DNA of 41,719 nt from Chthoniobacteraceae bacterium (GTDB lineage: Bacteria; Verrucomicrobiota; Verrucomicrobiia; Chthoniobacterales; Chthoniobacteraceae): positions 1 to 41,719 of the forward strand of contig JANNWY010000110.1 of the NCBI GenBank assembly GCA_031409335.1, written 5' to 3'. This document shows, in pieces, positions 18,696 to 27,582 of this stretch. The notes below the pieces were generated by a model. That model was not told the DNA's origin. It made no database searches and saw only the letters and a list, made by a program, of their open reading frames with translations. The translations under genes were made by a program, and so were the position numbers. The number at the start of each line of letters is the position of its first letter. Within the stretch, counting starts at the first letter, position 1.

Positions 18696-19589
18696 TCATT
18701 TCTTCGTCTTCGCGACGCCTGGCTTTTTCGCTGGCGCGGCCGGGGCCGCTGGTCCTTCGGCGACCGGCGTGGTGTTCGTGATTTTCACCGGCGGCGCAGG
18801 CTTTGGTTTTGGCACGACGGGTTTGTGCATCGCGAGCAGTTCGGAGACGGTCACGAATTTGAGCCCGCGACCAGCGAGCCCGTCGAGCGTGTCGGGCATG
18901 GCATCGACGGTGGTTTTGTGGATGTCGTGGGCGAGGACGATCGAGCCCGCGCCGGTGTGGCGGAGGATTTCCGTCTTCACGCGCTCGGCATTGCGCACTT
19001 TCCAGTCGAGCGGATCGACATCCCACAGGATGCACTTGTAGCCCCATTTCGCATTCGCCCAGCCGCGCTGATTTGCCGTGAAGGCACCATACGGCGGACG
19101 CATCAGCTTTGGCGTCACTCCTGTCGCGCTCACGATCGCGTCGTGGGTTTTTTGAAGCTGATCCGTCACGCTGCCCTCGCCCATTTTCGAGAGGTCCGGA
19201 TGCGACCACGAATGGCTCGCGACCTCGTGCCCCTCGGCGACGATGCGTTTCATGATCGCGGGATATTCCTGCACGCACTGGCCGACGACGAAGAACGTGG
19301 CCTTGATGTTGCGCTGCTTGAGCATGTCGAGCAGGCGCGGTGTATTGGAGGCGTGCGGGCCGTCGTCGAAGGTGATCGCGATGTACGGACCGTCCACGTT
19401 GCACTGTGAAAAAGTGATCTGCTTTTGCCCGGCGGCGACGGGCGCGGCGGCATCGGCGGGCAGCGCCATGTGCGGCTCGGCGGTCTTCTCAGGAGCGGCT
19501 GGGACTGCGGCTGGAGCGGGATTTTGAGCCGCGGAAAATGTGGCAGTGGCGAGTAAAGCGCACGCGGCGCCGAAGAGGCGGAAGATCAT
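18696..19589 (-). CDS. Secreted polysaccharide/peptidoglycan deacetylase (CE4, NodB domain)
   Basis: TFDDGP, HSWSHP, RPPYG, DWK and LAHD motifs; signal peptide; Pro/Ala-rich flanks. Confidence 0.92.
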   Translation of the reverse strand: MIFRLFGAACALLATATFSAAQNPAPAAVPAAPEKTAEPHMALPADAAAPVAAGQKQITFSQCNVDGPYIAITFDDGPHASNTPRLLDMLKQRNIKATFFVVGQCVQEYPAIMKRIVAEGHEVASHSWSHPDLSKMGEGSVTDQLQKTHDAIVSATGVTPKLMRPPYGAFTANQRGWANAKWGYKCILWDVDPLDWKVRNAERVKTEILRHTGAGSIVLAHDIHKTTVDAMPDTLDGLAGRGLKFVTVSELLAMHKPVVPKPKPAPPVKITNTTPVAEGPAAPAAPAKKPGVAKTKK

Positions 19590-19706
19590 GGTTTGGAATG
19601 GAAGGAAACATCGAAGCATGAAGCGGGGCGGAGGGAAAGAGCGGGTTGTGCGGGCGGGGTTGAATGGGGTTTTGGTGCAATCCGAAGCGGAGGGCCGCTG
19701 CGCGGG

Positions 19707-19771
19707 GCTGAACATCGAACGCAGAAATCTCTGCGCAGGCGAATCCGTCACTTCGATGTTCGATGTCCAGC
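19707..19771. repeat. Palindromic element built from GAACATC heptamers
   Basis: GCTGAACATCGAAC (19707-19720) and GTTCGATGTCCAGC (19758-19771) are inverted repeats with 1 mismatch, enclosing the hairpin GCAGA-AATC-TCTGC. A related copy lies at 15345-15366. Confidence 0.6.
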
Positions 19772-19774
19772 GCC

Positions 19775-20644
19775 TCAGGCATCCGTGAATCGCCCGAGGA
19801 TCGGCCCGAGTTTTTCCACCGTCGCGGCGGGCCACAATTTGCGATCCGTCACGAGCGCGCTGTCGAGCGCGGAATGCTCGGGCCAGTCGGGCACCGTCGG
19901 GATTTGCGGGATCACGGCGGCGAGGATGCGCTTCGCGGCATCGGCATTCGCGTGAAGATGCGCGATCACCGCGTCGGCGGTCACGGCTTCTTCCTCCACT
20001 TTCCAGCAGTCGTAATCCGTGATCATCGCCATCGTCGCGAGCGCGATCTCGGCTTCACGCGCGAGCTTCGCCTCGCCGAGATTGGTCATGCCGATCACGT
20101 CGAAGCCGAGCTTGCGATTCACCTCGCTCTCGGCGCGCGTGGAAAACGCGGGGCCGTCCATGTTCACATACGTCCCGCCTTTGTGCATCGTGAAGCCGAG
20201 TCCGTTGCCCGTTTTGAAAAGCAACTGCTGCAAACCCGCACTGATCGGATCGGCGAAACCCACGTGCGCGACGATCCCATTTCCAAAAAACGTGTGCCGC
20301 TCCGCCTGGCTCGTGCGGTCGAAAAACTGCGACGGCAGCACGATGCTGCGCGGCGCGTATTGCTGCTGGAGAGAGCCGACCGCCGTCACGCAAATGATCC
20401 AGCGCACGCCAAGCGACTTCAGCGCCCAGATATTCGCGCGGTGATTCAATTCATGCGGCAGGATGCGATGCCCGCGCCCGTGCCGGGGCAGGAAGAAGAC
20501 TTGCCGCCCCGCGAGTTTGCCACCGAAAATCACATCGGATGGCGGACCGAATGGAGTTTCGATGATATGTTCGCTCGCGTCGGAGAGACCTTCGATTTGA
20601 TAAAGGCCGCTGCCGCCGATGATGCCAATGGCTGGTTGCTGCAT
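19775..20644 (-). CDS. mtnP: S-methyl-5'-thioadenosine phosphorylase
   Basis: IGIIGGSGLY, FLPRHGRGH, RANIWALK, AVGSL, GPAFSTRAES, IGMT, TDYDCW. Confidence 0.95.
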   Translation of the reverse strand: MQQPAIGIIGGSGLYQIEGLSDASEHIIETPFGPPSDVIFGGKLAGRQVFFLPRHGRGHRILPHELNHRANIWALKSLGVRWIICVTAVGSLQQQYAPRSIVLPSQFFDRTSQAERHTFFGNGIVAHVGFADPISAGLQQLLFKTGNGLGFTMHKGGTYVNMDGPAFSTRAESEVNRKLGFDVIGMTNLGEAKLAREAEIALATMAMITDYDCWKVEEEAVTADAVIAHLHANADAAKRILAAVIPQIPTVPDWPEHSALDSALVTDRKLWPAATVEKLGPILGRFTDA

Positions 20645-20744
20645 CGCGGAGTGTTAGGCGGCGCGGAGGATTTTTGGAAACTCGAAACCGCGCGTAAATT
20701 CTGCATTCGTCATCCGGCGAAACGTCCGCTACACGATTCCCGCT

Positions 20745-23132
20745 GTGAAAAAAGTCGTCTCCCTCCTCATCTGGCTCGCCGTCGCGATCATCGGCGCGTT
20801 CGGCTACTGGACCATCGCCACACAGCGCAGTGAGCCGGTCAACTCGGGCTTCATCCTCATCGCGGCGATCTGCACGTACGCGATCGGCTACCGCTTTTAC
20901 TCGAAATGGATCGCGGCGAAAGTGCTCGCACTCGACGACCGGCGGGCGACGCCTTGCGAAGTCCACGAGGACGGGAGGGATTTCGTGAAGACGAACAAAT
21001 GGATCGTGTTCGGGCATCACTTCGCGGCGATCAGCGGGCCAGGGCCGCTGGTCGGGCCTGTGCTGGCGGCGCAGTTCGGGTATCTGCCGGGGACACTTTG
21101 GATCCTCATCGGTGTGGTGCTCGGCGGCGCGGTGCAGGATTTCATCATCCTTTTTTCATCCATGCGCCGCGATGGTCGCTCGCTCGGGCAGATGGTGAAA
21201 GAGGAGCTGAATTCCGCGGCGGGATTCATCGGCACGATCGCGATTATTTCCATCATGATCATCCTGCTGGCGGTGCTCGCGCTGGTCGTGGTGAAAGCGC
21301 TCGCGGAATCGCCGTGGGGCGTTTTCACCGTGGCCGCGACGATCCCGATTGCGATGTTCATGGGCGGTTATTTGCGCTGGGCGCGGATCGGGAAGGTGCT
21401 GGAAGTTTCGCTGATCGGCGTCGCGTTGCTTTTTCTCGCGGTCTGGGGCGGGCAGCTCGTGCATGCGAGCGAGTATTGGCACGGCGTGTTCTTGCTGAAG
21501 GCCGAGCCACTGGCGTGGTCGGTGATTTTCTATGGCTTCCTCGCCAGTGTGCTGCCGGTGTGGCTGCTGCTCGCGCCGCGCGATTACCTCAGCACTTTCA
21601 TGAAGCTCGGAACGATCGGCGCGCTGGCGATCGGCACGCTGCTCGTCCTGCCGACACTGCATATGCCAGCGGTGAGCAAGTTCATCGACGGATCCGGGCC
21701 GGTGGTGCCGGGGAAGCTGTTTCCGTTTTGTTTCATCACGATCGCGTGTGGCGCGATCAGCGGTTTTCACACCCTGATCGCGAGCGGCATCACGCCAAAG
21801 ATCATCGCGCGGGAAAGCCACGCGCGGTCGGTCGGCTATGGCGCGATGTGCCTGGAATCGCTCGTCGCGATCATGGCGATGATCGCCGCCTGCACGCTAG
21901 ATCCCGGCGTGTATCTGGCGATGAATATTCCCGGTGGCGATCCCGTGGCCACGCAGGCCGCAGTCGCGGCGACGGGGCTCACGGAGTTTTCGGCCACGGC
22001 GGATGCGACGGGAAAGTACGCGCTGGTGCCCGTGACGGTATCGCCCGAGGAAATGAAAGTGCTCGCCGGACAGATGGGCGAAGTCACGCTGTTCGGGCGC
22101 ACGGGCGGCGCGGCGACGCTCGCCGTCGGCATGGCGATGATCTTCTCAAAGCTCACGCAAGGCCGCTGGCTCGACCTTTGGTATCACTTTGCGCTGATGT
22201 TCGAAGCGCTCTTTATCCTCACCACGCTGGATGCCGGCACGCGGGTCGGGCGCTATCTTTTGCAAGACTCGGTCCGGCGATTCATCCCGCGGCTCGGCGA
22301 TACGAAGAGCACATTTGCCGGCGTCGTCGCGAGCGCGCTGATTTGCGGCGCGTGGGGCTTTTTCCTCATCATGGGTGTACGCGATCCCGATGGCGGCGTG
22401 AAAGCGCTGTGGCCGATCTTTGGCATCGCGAATCAACTGCTCGCCAGCATCGCGCTCTGTCTCGCCACGACGATCCTGATCAAGATGCAACTCACGCGAG
22501 AGCGATCCCCCGCCCTCGCATTCGTAACGCTCGTGCCACTCCTGTGGCTGCTGACGGTGACGATGACCGCCGGGATCACGAAGGTGTGGGACCAGAATCC
22601 GAAGATTGGTTTTCTCGCCGCTGCGCAGGTGGCGGAGGGGAAATTGACGGCGCTCCAGCAAACGCTCACCGCCGCGGATGAGAGCGCGCGTCCAGCGGCG
22701 ATGAAAGCGGTGAAGACCCAACAGACGATCCGATTTAACAGCACCGTCGATGCATGGGTCACCGGCGCATTCCTCGTCATGGTTTCCGGCATCGTCGTCC
22801 TCAGCATCGCCGAATGGCTGCGCCTGCTCGGCGGCAGCCGGAAGCCTGAACTCAGCGAAACCGAACCCGTCTGGCTGCCCGCGAGCGAACTCGACCCCAC
22901 GCGTCCCGCGACCGCATTCGGAGCCGCCGCGCTCGCCTTCACCATGCTCCGCGAAGTCTCCGGCCAATCCGCGATCGACCGCGCCGCCGAGCACCACACC
23001 GCGCAACCGGTGGTGGTGCAAGGTCGGCGCAATGTGCTCCTCACCGATCAGCCAAATCCAGAAACCGCGGACGCCGACGCCTACCTCGCCGCACTCGAAC
23101 ACCGCTACCGCCGCATCGATCGCTGTTGCTAA
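20745..23132 (+). CDS. cstA: Carbon starvation protein A family transporter with a fused YbdD/YjiX-like C-terminal tail
   Basis: FGHHFAAISGPGPLVGP, LPVWLLLAPRDYLS, FITIACGAISGFH, LTTLDAGTR, LWPIFGIANQLLA; the protein ends RIDRCC. Confidence 0.93.
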   Translation: MKKVVSLLIWLAVAIIGAFGYWTIATQRSEPVNSGFILIAAICTYAIGYRFYSKWIAAKVLALDDRRATPCEVHEDGRDFVKTNKWIVFGHHFAAISGPGPLVGPVLAAQFGYLPGTLWILIGVVLGGAVQDFIILFSSMRRDGRSLGQMVKEELNSAAGFIGTIAIISIMIILLAVLALVVVKALAESPWGVFTVAATIPIAMFMGGYLRWARIGKVLEVSLIGVALLFLAVWGGQLVHASEYWHGVFLLKAEPLAWSVIFYGFLASVLPVWLLLAPRDYLSTFMKLGTIGALAIGTLLVLPTLHMPAVSKFIDGSGPVVPGKLFPFCFITIACGAISGFHTLIASGITPKIIARESHARSVGYGAMCLESLVAIMAMIAACTLDPGVYLAMNIPGGDPVATQAAVAATGLTEFSATADATGKYALVPVTVSPEEMKVLAGQMGEVTLFGRTGGAATLAVGMAMIFSKLTQGRWLDLWYHFALMFEALFILTTLDAGTRVGRYLLQDSVRRFIPRLGDTKSTFAGVVASALICGAWGFFLIMGVRDPDGGVKALWPIFGIANQLLASIALCLATTILIKMQLTRERSPALAFVTLVPLLWLLTVTMTAGITKVWDQNPKIGFLAAAQVAEGKLTALQQTLTAADESARPAAMKAVKTQQTIRFNSTVDAWVTGAFLVMVSGIVVLSIAEWLRLLGGSRKPELSETEPVWLPASELDPTRPATAFGAAALAFTMLREVSGQSAIDRAAEHHTAQPVVVQGRRNVLLTDQPNPETADADAYLAALEHRYRRIDRCC

Positions 23133-23190
23133 CCAAGCCGTCCACCGTCGTGCTTCCCACGCGTCCCGATTCCTCCTACGCTCCATCGCG

Positions 23191-24153
23191 ATGACGAGTC
23201 ACGACCCAAAAAATCCCACGCTTACCATCGGCGAGTTTTTCGCGCGACACTCCGAGTCATTGCACATGACGATCAGCGGCTCGGACATCGGATTCGACCG
23301 GCGCATCCGCGAACCCACCATCAATCGCCCCGGCCTCGCGCTGGCTGGATTTTACAGCTACTTCGCGGAAAAACGCATCCAAGTCCTTGGCAGCGCGGAG
23401 CTTTCCTACCTACGCAGCCTTTCGCCCGCCGAGATGAAAGATCGCTGCAAGATCCTCTGCGAGCGCCCAATTCCGGGTCTCGTCGTTTCACGCGGATTCA
23501 AGGTGCCGCCGCAATTGCAGGAAGCCGCGAACGTGGCGGGCGTCGCCCTTTTCCGCACGACGATGGTGACGATGAAGTTCATGAACGCAGCCACGCTCGC
23601 GCTCGAATTCGACTTTGCCCCGCAGAAAAGTGAATACGGCTCGATGGTCGATATCCTCGGCGTCGGCACGCTGATCCGCGGCTCCAGCGGCATCGGGAAA
23701 AGCGAGTGCGTGCTGGGGCTCGTCGAGCGTGGACACAGTTTGGTGAGCGATGACATGACGTGTTTTCGCGCGATCGAAAACCGCGAACTAGTGGGCACTT
23801 CACCGGACCTGACGCGGCACCACATGGAAATCCGCGGCCTCGGCGTGATCAATGTGATGTCGATTTTCGGCATCGGCTCGGTGCGCACGGAAAAGCGGCT
23901 TGACTTGATCGTGACGCTCAAAGATTGGGATGAGTTGGAAGAGGTCGATCGCATCGGCTTGGATCAGGAGTATTTCGATATCCTCGATATTTTGATCCCA
24001 CACATCACCATTCCCGTGCGAGTGGGCCGTGACCTGGCCCGGCTCGTCGAAGTGGCCGCGCTGGACCAAAAACTGAAGAGTATCGGTCACAACAGCGCGA
24101 GAGATTTTAATGAACGATTGATCAAAGCAATGCAGAAAAAAAAAGAACCGTAG
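23191..24153 (+). CDS. hprK: HPr(Ser) kinase/phosphorylase
   Basis: NRPGLALAG, Walker A GSSGIGKSE, LVSDD, HMEIRGLGVIN, PVRVGRDLA. Confidence 0.95.
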   Translation: MTSHDPKNPTLTIGEFFARHSESLHMTISGSDIGFDRRIREPTINRPGLALAGFYSYFAEKRIQVLGSAELSYLRSLSPAEMKDRCKILCERPIPGLVVSRGFKVPPQLQEAANVAGVALFRTTMVTMKFMNAATLALEFDFAPQKSEYGSMVDILGVGTLIRGSSGIGKSECVLGLVERGHSLVSDDMTCFRAIENRELVGTSPDLTRHHMEIRGLGVINVMSIFGIGSVRTEKRLDLIVTLKDWDELEEVDRIGLDQEYFDILDILIPHITIPVRVGRDLARLVEVAALDQKLKSIGHNSARDFNERLIKAMQKKKEP

Positions 24154-24462
24154 ATGGGCCTTCTGAGCCGCCGCAGCGACACTTCACCGAAACAAGTCTT
24201 GACCAGGGATTTTACCGTCCTGAATCGACTGGGCCTCCACGCGCGCCCGTCGGCTTTGTTTGTGAAAACGTGCAGCCGGTTCAAATGCGACATTTGGGTC
24301 GAGAAAGATGGCGAGCAGGTGAACGGGAAGAGCATCATGGGGCTGATGATGCTGGCTGCCGGGCTCGGATCGAAGCTCAACGTAAAGTGTGATGGCGCGG
24401 ATGCGGACAAAGCTTTGGCTGAAATCGAGGCGCTGATTCTGAGGAAATTCGATGAAGACTGA
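24154..24462 (+). CDS. ptsH: Phosphocarrier protein HPr
   Basis: GLHARP (His15 site) and KSIMGLMML (Ser46 site). Confidence 0.95.
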   Translation: MGLLSRRSDTSPKQVLTRDFTVLNRLGLHARPSALFVKTCSRFKCDIWVEKDGEQVNGKSIMGLMMLAAGLGSKLNVKCDGADADKALAEIEALILRKFDED

Positions 24463-24492
24463 CGCGCGCGTTTCCCCGTCCAGCGTTGCCCC

Positions 24493-26262
24493 ATGAGCGA
24501 TTCCGGCGCGCCGCCCGTCGTGGAAAGGCGTTTCCGGGGAGTCGGTGTCTCTCCGGGCATCGCCCGGGGGACCGTTTTCGTGCATCGCCCGGATGATGAA
24601 GAGCCGCCCGTGCGGCGCATCGAGCAGAGTGAAATTGCGGATGAAATCGCCCGGTTCGAGGCGGCGCTCCTCGCGACGCGCGCGCAGATTCTCGAAATGC
24701 AGGAACGCATCGCGACCTCGATCGGCGCAAAGGACGCGAGCATTTTCGACGCGCATCTGCTCGTGGTGGAAGATCGGACGCTGATCGACGAAGTGCTGCG
24801 CAATCTCCAGCGCGAAAAATACAACATCGAGCACACCTTTGCGCAGGTCGCCGGACGCTACGCGAAAACGCTGAGCGAAATCGACGACCCGTATCTCCGC
24901 GAGCGGGCGATGGACATTCACGATGTGACGCGGCGGGTGATCCACAACCTGATGGGCAAGCACAGCATGTCGCTGGCGAGCATCACCACGCCGCACATCC
25001 TGATCGCGCATAATCTGACGCCTTCCGACACCGCGCAGCTCAATCGCAACCTCGTCCTCGCGTTCGGCACGGACATCGGCAGCAAGACCTCGCACACCGC
25101 GATCATGGCGCGGTCGCTGAACATCCCGGCAGTCGTTGGCCTGCACGATGCCTCGAATCAATTGGCGACCGGCGATCACGTGTTGCTCGATGGTTACAGC
25201 GGCATGTTGATCGTCAATCCGAGCGATCAGACTTTGTGGGAATACGGAGAGCTGGAGCTGATCAAGACGGAGGTCGAGGAACGGCTCACGGAATTGCGCG
25301 AAACGGAATCGAAGACTCGCGACGGGCGGCACATTATCCTCAGCGCGAATATCGAACTCCCGGAGGATCTCGTGCAGGTGAAAAAAAGCGGAGCGGAAGG
25401 CGTGGGGCTTTACCGCACGGAGTTCTTTTACCTGAACCGCGTCGAACTCCCGAACGAAGACGATCAGTACGAAGCCTACCGCAAAGTCGCCGAGGCCGTG
25501 ATGCCGCACAGCGTGATCATTCGGACGCTCGACCTCGGCGGCGACAAATTCATGAGCGCGCTGAATTTGCCCGAGGAACTCAATCCGTTCCTCGGCTGGC
25601 GGGCGATCCGCTTTTGCCTGGAGCGCGTGGATGTTTTCAAAGTCCAGCTTCGCGCTATCCTGCGGGCCAGCGCGGGCGGCAATGTCCGCATCATGTATCC
25701 GATGATTTCGGGCGTGGAGGAATTGCGCCGCGCAAACAGCATTCTCGAGGAATGCCGCGCGGAGTTGCGAAAGGAGGGCGTAGCGTTCGATGAAAAAATG
25801 GAAGTTGGCGCGATGATCGAGATTCCGAGCGCCGCGGTGAGCGCCGACATCCTCGCGCGCGAAGTGGATTTTTTCAGCATCGGGACAAACGATCTCATCC
25901 AATACTCGATCGCCGTGGACCGCCTGAATGAACGGATCGCGCACCTTTACGAACCGACCCATCCCGCGATTTTGCGCCTCATCCGCATGACGGTCGAAGC
26001 CGCGCACAACCACAATCTGTGGGTCGGGATTTGCGGTGAAATGGCCGGTGACATCGCGCTCACACCGCTCTTGATCGGCCTCGGTGTCGATGAATTGAGC
26101 ACCGGCGCAGCCCTCGTTCCGCGGGTGAAACGCGCGGTGCAATCGCTCGATCTGGACGCCTGCCGCCGCCTGATCGAAGACGTCCAATCGCTCGATACCG
26201 CCGCGGCGATCCTCGAAAAATGCAAGGCGGTGGCGCGTGCCCACTACGGGGATCTGCTTTAG
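24493..26262 (+). CDS. ptsI: PEP-protein phosphotransferase (PTS enzyme I)
   Basis: SHTAIMARS phospho-His motif, GVGLYRTEF, RTLDLGGDK, NPFLGWRAIR, SIGTNDLIQY, CGEMAG; no N-terminal GAF domain. Confidence 0.96.
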   Translation: MSDSGAPPVVERRFRGVGVSPGIARGTVFVHRPDDEEPPVRRIEQSEIADEIARFEAALLATRAQILEMQERIATSIGAKDASIFDAHLLVVEDRTLIDEVLRNLQREKYNIEHTFAQVAGRYAKTLSEIDDPYLRERAMDIHDVTRRVIHNLMGKHSMSLASITTPHILIAHNLTPSDTAQLNRNLVLAFGTDIGSKTSHTAIMARSLNIPAVVGLHDASNQLATGDHVLLDGYSGMLIVNPSDQTLWEYGELELIKTEVEERLTELRETESKTRDGRHIILSANIELPEDLVQVKKSGAEGVGLYRTEFFYLNRVELPNEDDQYEAYRKVAEAVMPHSVIIRTLDLGGDKFMSALNLPEELNPFLGWRAIRFCLERVDVFKVQLRAILRASAGGNVRIMYPMISGVEELRRANSILEECRAELRKEGVAFDEKMEVGAMIEIPSAAVSADILAREVDFFSIGTNDLIQYSIAVDRLNERIAHLYEPTHPAILRLIRMTVEAAHNHNLWVGICGEMAGDIALTPLLIGLGVDELSTGAALVPRVKRAVQSLDLDACRRLIEDVQSLDTAAAILEKCKAVARAHYGDLL

Positions 26263-26272
26263 CCCGCCGCAA

Positions 26273-26734
26273 TCAGGAATGCCGCTTGTTGAAGCGGGAG
26301 ATTTCGCGATCTGTCTCGCGCTTGGAAGCCTTTTCCTTCAGATCCTGCCGCTTGTCGTGCGCTTCCTTTCCTTTGGCCACACCGATCTCGATTTTCACGC
26401 GCGCATCTTTCCAATACATCCGCAGCGCGACCAGCGTGTGGCCCTCGATTTGGGTGAGCCCCAGCAGGCGGTGAATCTCCTTTTTGTGTAGCAGCAGACG
26501 GCGAAAGCGCTTCGGCTCGTGCTGCGTGTGGCTGGCCCGCGCGTAGGGCTGGATGTCGATGTCGAAGACAAACGCCTGCCCTTTTTCGATTCGCGCGAAG
26601 GCATTGTTGATGTTCGCGAAACCGCCGCGGATGGATTTAATTTCCGTCCCCTTCAGTTCGACGCCCGCCTCCATTCGCTCGAGGATGTGATAATCCCGCA
26701 GCGCCTTGCGATTGACCGAAATCTCCGCGCCCAT
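26273..26734 (-). CDS. smpB: SsrA-binding protein
   Basis: NRKA, EAGVELKGTEIKSIR, RRLLLHKKEI, GKEAHDKR. Confidence 0.97.
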   Translation of the reverse strand: MGAEISVNRKALRDYHILERMEAGVELKGTEIKSIRGGFANINNAFARIEKGQAFVFDIDIQPYARASHTQHEPKRFRRLLLHKKEIHRLLGLTQIEGHTLVALRMYWKDARVKIEIGVAKGKEAHDKRQDLKEKASKRETDREISRFNKRHS

Positions 26735-26757
26735 AACCCGGCGCTAAATCAGCGCGG

Positions 26758-26976
26758 CTATTCCCCGCCTTTCGGCGCGGCTGACGGCAATTCGTAGGTC
26801 AGTTTTCCCTGGATGATTTCCGTCAGCGCGATATCCGAGAATCCCATGCGCACACCGACTTCGACCATCGGACGGTGACCCGCCGTGAGTTGGCGAACGC
26901 GTTTTGAGACGACGTTGACCAACACTTGGTGGCTCGGAATCACTTTGAAGGCATCATCAATAAGGTGGCTGGTCAT
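26758..26976 (-). CDS. rpoZ: RNA polymerase omega subunit
   Basis: 72 aa with LVNVVSKRVRQL and IALTEIIQGKL, matching the omega conserved regions. Confidence 0.8.
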   Translation of the reverse strand: MTSHLIDDAFKVIPSHQVLVNVVSKRVRQLTAGHRPMVEVGVRMGFSDIALTEIIQGKLTYELPSAAPKGGE

Positions 26977-27112
26977 AAATAATGGGAACTACTCTGGAAA
27001 ACTGGATCGGCAGATTCGGTGGCCGAAGTAATTTTGTCAAAGGGAGTTTGCAAATAAGTCAAATGACAATTTTGCACCGCATATTGGCAGAAAACAGGCC
27101 CCGCCCAACGGC

Positions 27113-27571
27113 TCAAGTCTGGGCCGCGGTGCGCCTGCGCAGGGTGATGCGCTTGATCCGTGCATCATCCGGCGGGCTCCACGAGGCGATCTCGGGATCG
27201 TCCTTGAAGGCATTGTGAACGATCCGCCGCTCGTAGGCATTCATCGGTTCGAGTTGATACGAGCGCCCCGTTTTCCGCACGATCTCGGCGATCTGCCGCA
27301 CCCGATGCGCGAGGCTGTCGTCCTTCATTTCGCGCCAGTGCTCGATATCGACCTGCACGCGCGGCGCAGTCTTGTCGTGCGACTGGATGACGCGATTTAG
27401 GAGAAACTGGATGTCTTCGAGTAATACCCCGCTGCGCCCGATCAAGCGCTCCTTGTCCGCAGTATAAACTTGGAGCGTCAGCCCGTGATCTTCCGGGATT
27501 TCCTTGATCTCACAAACGAAGCCGAGCAGGCCGAGCATCGTGTCCAGGGTTTCGCGGGGATTCAGGCTCAT
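27113..27571 (-). CDS. jag: Jag/KhpB-like RNA-binding protein (KH + R3H, no Jag_N domain)
   Basis: LIGRSG KH loop, LEPMNAYERRIVH R3H motif, located directly after yidC. Confidence 0.88.
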   Translation of the reverse strand: MSLNPRETLDTMLGLLGFVCEIKEIPEDHGLTLQVYTADKERLIGRSGVLLEDIQFLLNRVIQSHDKTAPRVQVDIEHWREMKDDSLAHRVRQIAEIVRKTGRSYQLEPMNAYERRIVHNAFKDDPEIASWSPPDDARIKRITLRRRTAAQT

Positions 27572-27582
27572 GGCAATGTGGA

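Noticed and set aside
23121..23132. Selenocysteine at the CstA C-terminus
   Set aside because: The codons are CGC TGT TGC TAA (RCC-stop), with no in-frame TGA.
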